The position numbers were made by a program, and so were the translations under genes. A stretch of 64,000 bases of DNA from Planctomycetota bacterium. Its GTDB lineage: Bacteria; Planctomycetota; UBA1135; GCA-002686595. Location of the stretch: NCBI GenBank assembly GCA_029212845.1, contig JARGPD010000003.1, forward strand, positions 3,417 through 67,416. The letters are read 5' to 3'. This document shows, one piece after another, positions 59,173 to 64,000 of this stretch. The notes under the pieces were generated by a model, which saw nothing but the letters and a program-made list of their open reading frames with translations, made no database searches and had not been told where the DNA came from. Position 1 is the stretch's first letter. Each line of letters begins with the position of its first letter.

Positions 59173-60363
59173 CTAGTCCGAGAGCCCGTCGAGGAAGCCC
59201 GCCAGCTCCGCGGCCGCCTGCTGGGGATCTTGCATCTCGATCGTCTGCGCGTAGTCGTGGCCGCGCTCGGAGTGGGTGTACAGGGGATCGTAGTAGTGCT
59301 CGAGCAGGGTCCGCACCAGCTCGCGGTCCTCGCCGGCGTCGAGCAGGCCGGTCAGGCGGCCCTTCCAAGCCACCGGTCCGAGGCGCTTCTCGATGAAGGG
59401 CAGCTGCGTGCGCAGCTCGGCCCGGCTGCCATCCCGGTCCAGGTAGTCCTCGATCAGGACGTCGACCCGGCGCTCGAGGTCCGCGACCAGCTGCACGTTG
59501 ATCCCCGCCTGCAGCCCCTGCCACACGGAGGCCGGCTGGATCCGGTCACCGATCTTGCGGCTCTCCCCCTCGACCACGAGGCGCCCGCCTGGGTTCAGGC
59601 GCCCGAGCCGACGCAGGCGGGTGGCGAGGCGCGACTCGAAGCGCTTCTGGGACACGGGCTCGAGCCCGACCATGCCGAGGATCGACGAGCGGTGGCCGGC
59701 GAACTCCTCGAGGTCCAGGGTCGAGTTCGGGCGTAGCTCCTCGAGGGTGCGCAGGACGAGGGTCTTGCCGGTGCCGGTGAAGCCTCGGATCACGACCATG
59801 CCCGGCGCCTCGAAGGCCTCCAGCTCGGTGATGACGCGCCGGCGGTACTGGGTGTACCCACCCGAGAGGCACAGGGCGCGGTCGAAGCCGCAGACGGCCA
59901 GGAGCGCCACGACGCTGCGCGAGCGCAGGCCGCCGCGCCAGCAATGGAAGATCACCGGGCGCTCGGGCAGGGCCTCGGCCAGCACCTCGACGAGGCCCCC
60001 CTCGAGGCCCGCGATGCCTTCCGAGGTCATCTCGAGCACGCGGGCCGGCAGGTCCACCTCCGGCAGGTCCCAGCTGGCCGCCTCGGCGATGCCCTCGAAC
60101 AGGGTCACGATGCGCTCGGCGACGAGCTCGCGTCCGACCTCGAAGGCGCGGTCAGGGGACTCGCGCTTGTACAGGGTCCCCACAAGGGCGCGCTCCTCGT
60201 TGCGGAAGATCGGCAGGTTGACCGCACCTGGCAGGTGGTCCTGGGCGTACTCCTTCGGCGTGCGCAGGTCGATCACCACCGGTGGATCCTCCGACTCGAG
60301 CGCCTCCAGCACCTGGTGGACCCCGGCCGAGGGCACCTGGTGGTTCTTGGTTCCAGCGCTCAT
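59173..60363 (-). CDS. selU: tRNA 2-selenouridine synthase
   Basis: Rhodanese domain IDLRTPKEYAQDHLPGAVNLP and HCWRGGLRSRS. P-loop GFTGTGKT. Confidence 0.8.
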   Translation of the reverse strand: MSAGTKNHQVPSAGVHQVLEALESEDPPVVIDLRTPKEYAQDHLPGAVNLPIFRNEERALVGTLYKRESPDRAFEVGRELVAERIVTLFEGIAEAASWDLPEVDLPARVLEMTSEGIAGLEGGLVEVLAEALPERPVIFHCWRGGLRSRSVVALLAVCGFDRALCLSGGYTQYRRRVITELEAFEAPGMVVIRGFTGTGKTLVLRTLEELRPNSTLDLEEFAGHRSSILGMVGLEPVSQKRFESRLATRLRRLGRLNPGGRLVVEGESRKIGDRIQPASVWQGLQAGINVQLVADLERRVDVLIEDYLDRDGSRAELRTQLPFIEKRLGPVAWKGRLTGLLDAGEDRELVRTLLEHYYDPLYTHSERGHDYAQTIEMQDPQQAAAELAGFLDGLSD

Positions 60364-60459
60364 CGCGGGATTATCCCCGCTGGACGGTGCACCGCTGCGG
60401 GAGGTCTGCCTTTTTGCTCGGCGCCGTCCCTTCGGTCGCGGCAGCGAGGGCCGTCGGGC

Positions 60460-61725
60460 CTACCTAGGGGGACCGCTGGGGCCCTCGCCCGGGGGCAGTC
60501 CGAAGCGCTGGGGTGGACCCTCCGCATCACCCTTCTGGCCCGGGCGTCCGCCCGGTCGCTGGCGCCCGTCCGGACCACCATCGGGACCAGGACCTTGGTG
60601 CCCACCCCGCGGCTCGCCACGGGGTCGAGCCCCGCGTTCGTGCCAGCTTCGGCGCCCGCCGGCGCTGAAGACCGTCTCCTCGAGGAACTCCTCGAGGCTC
60701 TCGATCAGGGCGCTGTCGTCGAGCTCGGCCAGCTGGGACCGGCGCTCGGCCGGGAACCAGTCCTTGTCGGCCAGGTAGCCGCGCATGCGACTGGCGACCT
60801 GGGCATCCATGGCCGCCTTGCGCTCGCTGTGCTCGAGGTCGCGGACCTCGATGCGATCGCGCAGGGTCGGGCGCATGGCCTCGAGGAAGCCCGGCGCCCA
60901 GGCGGGAGCGTTGGGTGCCAAGCCCATCTTCGCGTGGCCGCCTCGATCTTCCCCCTTGCGGGGCGGCCCATCGAAGAGGGTCAAGCCGAGCCGGCCGGCG
61001 CGCTTCATGAAGCGCTCGTCCTCGGGCTCGGTCTGGAGCTTGGTCCACTGCTTCTCCGTGACACCTTCGGGCAGGCCCTCAGCGGTGACGCGGACGACGA
61101 GGCGCTCGCGCTCGATCGAGAGGAAGCGCTGCATGCGCTCGGGACCCTCGAGGCGTTCGAGCTCGTCGAGCTGGGTGGCGTCGAGCTGTCCCTCGATGCG
61201 CATGCGCTCGATCAGCTCGTCGCCGAAGTGACCGCGCAGTCGGTGGCGCACGTCGTCGGGATGCGGCGGGCGGCCGCCCTCGACCAAGCCCTCGACGAAC
61301 TCGCGGTGCTGGGGAGCGAGGCTACGTCGCAGGCTAGAGCCACGGCGCTTGGAGTCGGTGAGCTGCTGCTCGCGCAGGATGCGCTCGCGCTCCCAGGGCG
61401 GCAGGCCGCCAAGGCGCTGTTGGAGCTCAGGGCTGAGCCCGCGCTGCAGCTCGCGACGCTCGGCCTCGAGACCGCGGGCCCGCTCGCGCAGGGCCTCGCG
61501 CTGCTCGGGGGTCAGGGCCCGCAGGGTCTCGAAGCGCTCGCGTAGCAGCTGTTGCTCTTCGGGCGTCTTGGCCTTCCAGCGGTCGAGGCCCTCGGGCGAA
61601 CCCTTGGTCAGGCCGGTCTCCTTGGAGCTCGACTCCGCCGGCGCGCGCTTGACGTCCGGCCCGTCCTGGGCCACCACCAACGGAGCGACCAGGGAGAGGG
61701 CCAGGATCAGTAGGAGGGACTTCAT
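60460..61725 (-). CDS. Secreted protein with DUF3106-like helical repeats and a Gly/Pro/Arg-rich tail; third gene of an ECF sigma/anti-sigma operon
   Basis: Signal peptide MKSLLLILALSLVAPLVVA. Repeats TPEEQQLLRERFETLRALTPEQREALRERARGL. Its start overlaps the anti-sigma stop by 1 nt. Confidence 0.6.
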   Translation of the reverse strand: MKSLLLILALSLVAPLVVAQDGPDVKRAPAESSSKETGLTKGSPEGLDRWKAKTPEEQQLLRERFETLRALTPEQREALRERARGLEAERRELQRGLSPELQQRLGGLPPWERERILREQQLTDSKRRGSSLRRSLAPQHREFVEGLVEGGRPPHPDDVRHRLRGHFGDELIERMRIEGQLDATQLDELERLEGPERMQRFLSIERERLVVRVTAEGLPEGVTEKQWTKLQTEPEDERFMKRAGRLGLTLFDGPPRKGEDRGGHAKMGLAPNAPAWAPGFLEAMRPTLRDRIEVRDLEHSERKAAMDAQVASRMRGYLADKDWFPAERRSQLAELDDSALIESLEEFLEETVFSAGGRRSWHERGARPRGEPRGGHQGPGPDGGPDGRQRPGGRPGQKGDAEGPPQRFGLPPGEGPSGPPR

Positions 61726-62618
61726 CAGCCCTGCTCCTCCTCGACGCCGCCGGCGAGCAGCAGCTCGAGGTCGACATCGTCGAGGGATCCGAGCAGGAGG
61801 TCGACGTCCTCGGACATCAACAGCTCCCAGTCCTCCAGCACGTCGAGGGACTCGAGCAGCTCCAGGTCGGGCAGGCTGCCTTGGGCCCCGGCCAGCTCGG
61901 AGGTGCCCGCAGCGGGGGCCGTCGGCCCGTCGATGCTGGCCGGTGACTCGACGTCGCTGCGCGCGACGTTGAGCTCGGTGTTCTGGGTCTGGCCGCCGAA
62001 GAAGCGAGTGCCGGCGAAGACCACCACGAGGGCTGCGGCGGCCGCGGCGGCCCAGCGACCGAACTGGGGACGCAGGACAGGCGTCGGCCGGGTGGCGGCG
62101 AGGGTCCGCGCGGCCAGGCCGGCGGGGACCGCGGGCTCGGGCTGCTGGTCCAGCAGCTGGTCCAGACGCACCCCGGCCAGCACCCGGTCGGCCAGGCCTT
62201 GGGGCACGCTGGGCTCGGGCAGGACCTCGAGTAGGTTGTCCAGGCGGCGCTCCGCCTCGGCCTCGTCGCGGGCCTCCTCCAGGCCGGCGAGCACGCGACC
62301 CGCCAGGCCGACCGGAACGCTCGCCTCGTCGGCAAGCTCCAGGACGGCGTCCAGGCTCAGGTCGCCCAGCTCACCCTGGCGCGCCAGGCGCGACAGGACG
62401 CGCTGGGCCAGGGCCAGGGGCAGACGCGGTTCCGGCAGACTAGCCAGGAGCTCGTCGAGGGCCTGCTCGGATTCGAGCAGCTCGCGGCAGCCGGCGCAGT
62501 GGTGCAGGTGGTCGTGCCAGGCGAGCGGGCGGCCGTCGTGGGACAGGCCGTGCTCGGCGGTCACCCCGCCTTCGAGGGCCGCGCGCAGGTGGGCGCGGAA
62601 AGTCGTGCAGGTGTCCAT
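61725..62618 (-). CDS. Anti-sigma factor, zf-HC2 type, with four tandem PEP-x-VP-x-GLA-x-RVLA repeats
   Basis: zf-HC2 signature H-x3-C-x2-C (HLHHCAGCRELL). TM helix AAAAAALVVVFAGTRFF. Overlaps the sigma gene stop by 1 nt. Confidence 0.75.
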   Translation of the reverse strand: MDTCTTFRAHLRAALEGGVTAEHGLSHDGRPLAWHDHLHHCAGCRELLESEQALDELLASLPEPRLPLALAQRVLSRLARQGELGDLSLDAVLELADEASVPVGLAGRVLAGLEEARDEAEAERRLDNLLEVLPEPSVPQGLADRVLAGVRLDQLLDQQPEPAVPAGLAARTLAATRPTPVLRPQFGRWAAAAAAALVVVFAGTRFFGGQTQNTELNVARSDVESPASIDGPTAPAAGTSELAGAQGSLPDLELLESLDVLEDWELLMSEDVDLLLGSLDDVDLELLLAGGVEEEQG

Positions 62619-63253
62619 CAGGCGACCTCCTCACGCAGGAAGGGTCCGAGGGCCTCGCGCAGGTTCTCGCGCGCGCGGTGGACCATCGACTTGATCGCCT
62701 TCTCGGACGAGTCGAGCACCTCGGCGATCTCGACATAGGGCAGCTCGTCGTACTTGGCCAGGATCAGGGCCATGCGCTGCTTCTCAGGCAGGGCCTCGAT
62801 GGCAGCGCGCACGGCGTCGACGACGTCGGCCCGGGCCAGGGTCACGTCGGGGGTCTCCCCGCGGTGGTCCTCGACCGACTCCCCGAGGCTGCCACCCTCG
62901 CCCTCTTCCCCCATGGCAAGGTCCAGGGACAGGTGCTTGCGGGGCGCTTGGCGCACGCGCTCGTTGGCGGAGAGGTTGAAGACGATGCGGTACAACCAGG
63001 TCGAGAAGCGCGCCGTCGGCTGGTAGCGCGGGGCCGATCGCAGGACCCGCAGGAAGACGTCCTGGACCAGGTCCTCGCGGTTCGAGACCGGCCCGAGGAA
63101 GCGCGTCAAGAGCGAATAGACCCGGCCCGAGTAGCCCTCGACGAGCCCAGCGAAGGCGGCCTGGTCGCCGGCCTGGAAGGCCAGCATGAGACGCACGCCC
63201 TCGTCGTCGTCGTAGGTGGCCGGAGCCTGGGGTTCTTCCTGGGAGCCTGTCAT
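62618..63253 (-). CDS. ECF RNA polymerase sigma factor
   Basis: Motifs AFAGLVEGYSGRVYSLLTRFLG...EDLVQDVFLRV, STWLYRIVFNLSANE and LILAKYDELPYVEIAEVLDSSEKAIKSMVHRAR. Confidence 0.9.
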   Translation of the reverse strand: MTGSQEEPQAPATYDDDEGVRLMLAFQAGDQAAFAGLVEGYSGRVYSLLTRFLGPVSNREDLVQDVFLRVLRSAPRYQPTARFSTWLYRIVFNLSANERVRQAPRKHLSLDLAMGEEGEGGSLGESVEDHRGETPDVTLARADVVDAVRAAIEALPEKQRMALILAKYDELPYVEIAEVLDSSEKAIKSMVHRARENLREALGPFLREEVA

Positions 63254-63345
63254 GGGGCCTGCAACCTCCCAGCCCCTGTCGGGTTCCGGGGGAGGGCTGT
63301 TTCGTTCCTCTTCCTATTAATACAGATCGCGCCGGGGCCTGGCCC

Positions 63346-64000
63346 TCAGCGCAGCGCGCGGCGCCGCGCCCAGGGCCCAACGATGGCCCTCGGCCGGCCA
63401 ATCAGGCTGCTGGCCTGGACCGGACCCCACAGGCGACTGTCGGCGCTGTCGGCCGAGTTGTCACCCAGGAGGAAGTACTCGCTGGGTCCGAGGTCGAGGG
63501 ATTCGGCCACCGCGTAGGTCCCGAGGGGCAGCCAGAGCCGGTCGCGGGTCACCCGCAGGTGGCGCAAGGAGAGGTCTCCCGACGCGCCGCCCACCGCGAC
63601 CCGGGCGGCCACGCTGCTGCGGTCCTCGGGCAGGATGCCGTTGTAGGGCAGGTTCGCCTGGTAGGTCGCCACCAGCTCGACCAGGGACTTGCCCGTCGAT
63701 GGGGCGCTGACCGCAGCCATCAGGTGGTTGTCGATGTTCGAGAAGTCCAGTCGAAGCCAGTCCCCGCGCTCTTCGGCCGTCGCGGTGAAAGGCACCCTGG
63801 CCAGCTCCTCGCCGCCGGGGTCGCGCACCAGCAGCAGCTCGAGCGCGCCGGTCTCGGTCGTGCCCAAGCTCAGCTCGAACAGGTCGCCCTCTTCGACGAG
63901 GCGCGCGCGCAGGAGCGAGGCCGGCTCTTCGAGGCGAAACTCGACCGAGACTCCGCCGTCGTTGGCCGCCTGGGTCCCCGGATCCAGGCTGCCGTCGGCC
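63346..64000 (-). CDS. lepB: Signal peptidase I, C-terminal part (gene continues beyond the right edge)
   Basis: Box E FLLGDNSADSADSRLWGPV near the C-terminus. My translation continues without a stop upstream of the track start (…ADGSLDPGTQAANDGGVSVEFRLEEPASLLRARLVEEGDLFELSLGTTE…). Confidence 0.65.
   Translation of the reverse strand, partial: ADGSLDPGTQAANDGGVSVEFRLEEPASLLRARLVEEGDLFELSLGTTETGALELLLVRDPGGEELARVPFTATAEERGDWLRLDFSNIDNHLMAAVSAPSTGKSLVELVATYQANLPYNGILPEDRSSVAARVAVGGASGDLSLRHLRVTRDRLWLPLGTYAVAESLDLGPSEYFLLGDNSADSADSRLWGPVQASSLIGRPRAIVGPWARRRALR

Noticed and set aside
59173-60363. Selenocysteine recoding (in-frame TGA) in neighbouring genes, prompted by the presence of selU.
   Set aside because: SelU acts on tRNA wobble uridines. 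I saw no gene in the window whose reading frame needs a TGA read-through, and no SECIS-like context that I could justify.
1-64000. Defence systems, toxin-antitoxin pairs, prophage or secretion-system clusters.
   Set aside because: I scanned all non-shadow ORFs for nuclease, helicase, methylase-pair, ATPase-pair, Sir2/TIR, small paired-ORF and phage structural patterns and recognised none. The caveat is that motif recall by eye can miss divergent families.

Overview
Very GC-rich bacterial chromosomal window, roughly two-thirds G+C by eye (not computed). The ORF track therefore contains many long spurious antisense ORFs and ORFs over-extended at the 5' end. All product calls come from my own motif reading of the translations; no database search was possible. 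I call about 58 protein genes, 1 tRNA, 2 pseudogenes or fragments and a few hairpins.

Content from left to right:
1. 1-15093, minus strand: an unbroken head-to-tail array of 11 secreted amidohydrolase-fold paralogs (12 modules). Only 4 modules keep the HxH metal motif.
2. A hypothetical gene, then rpiB-deoC, both with N-terminal extensions. The DeoC extension looks like a microcompartment encapsulation peptide.
3. An ECF sigma factor plus a Ser/Thr kinase with an FGE-type sensor domain.
4. A (deoxy)nucleoside catabolism operon: cytochrome c'-like gene, deoB, deoA, a nupC fusion, punA and a VOC-cupin gene.
5. A metalloprotease-like lipoprotein, a long transketolase-family gene, two small paralogous lipoproteins, mltA, a MOSC gene and two paralogous tail-anchored zinc-ribbon proteins.
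6. An IS3-family transposase fragment directly beside an orphan pduS-pduT pair, followed by two SDR genes.
7. A DUF1761-like pseudogene, methyltransferases, malic enzyme, a TrkA-C membrane protein, two large paralogous secreted proteins, and a split CN-hydrolase/nadE pair.
8. Two ECF sigma/anti-sigma/periplasmic-partner modules, tRNA-Arg(CCG), selU-purF-GT4, and a partial lepB.

I found no CRISPR array, rRNA, intact mobile element or recognisable defence or toxin-antitoxin system.

The most interesting items are the amidohydrolase catalytic/pseudoenzyme array and the dispersed sugar-phosphate-type microcompartment parts sitting beside a complete deoxynucleoside catabolic route. The gene content feels Myxococcota- or Planctomycetota-like, but that is inference only.
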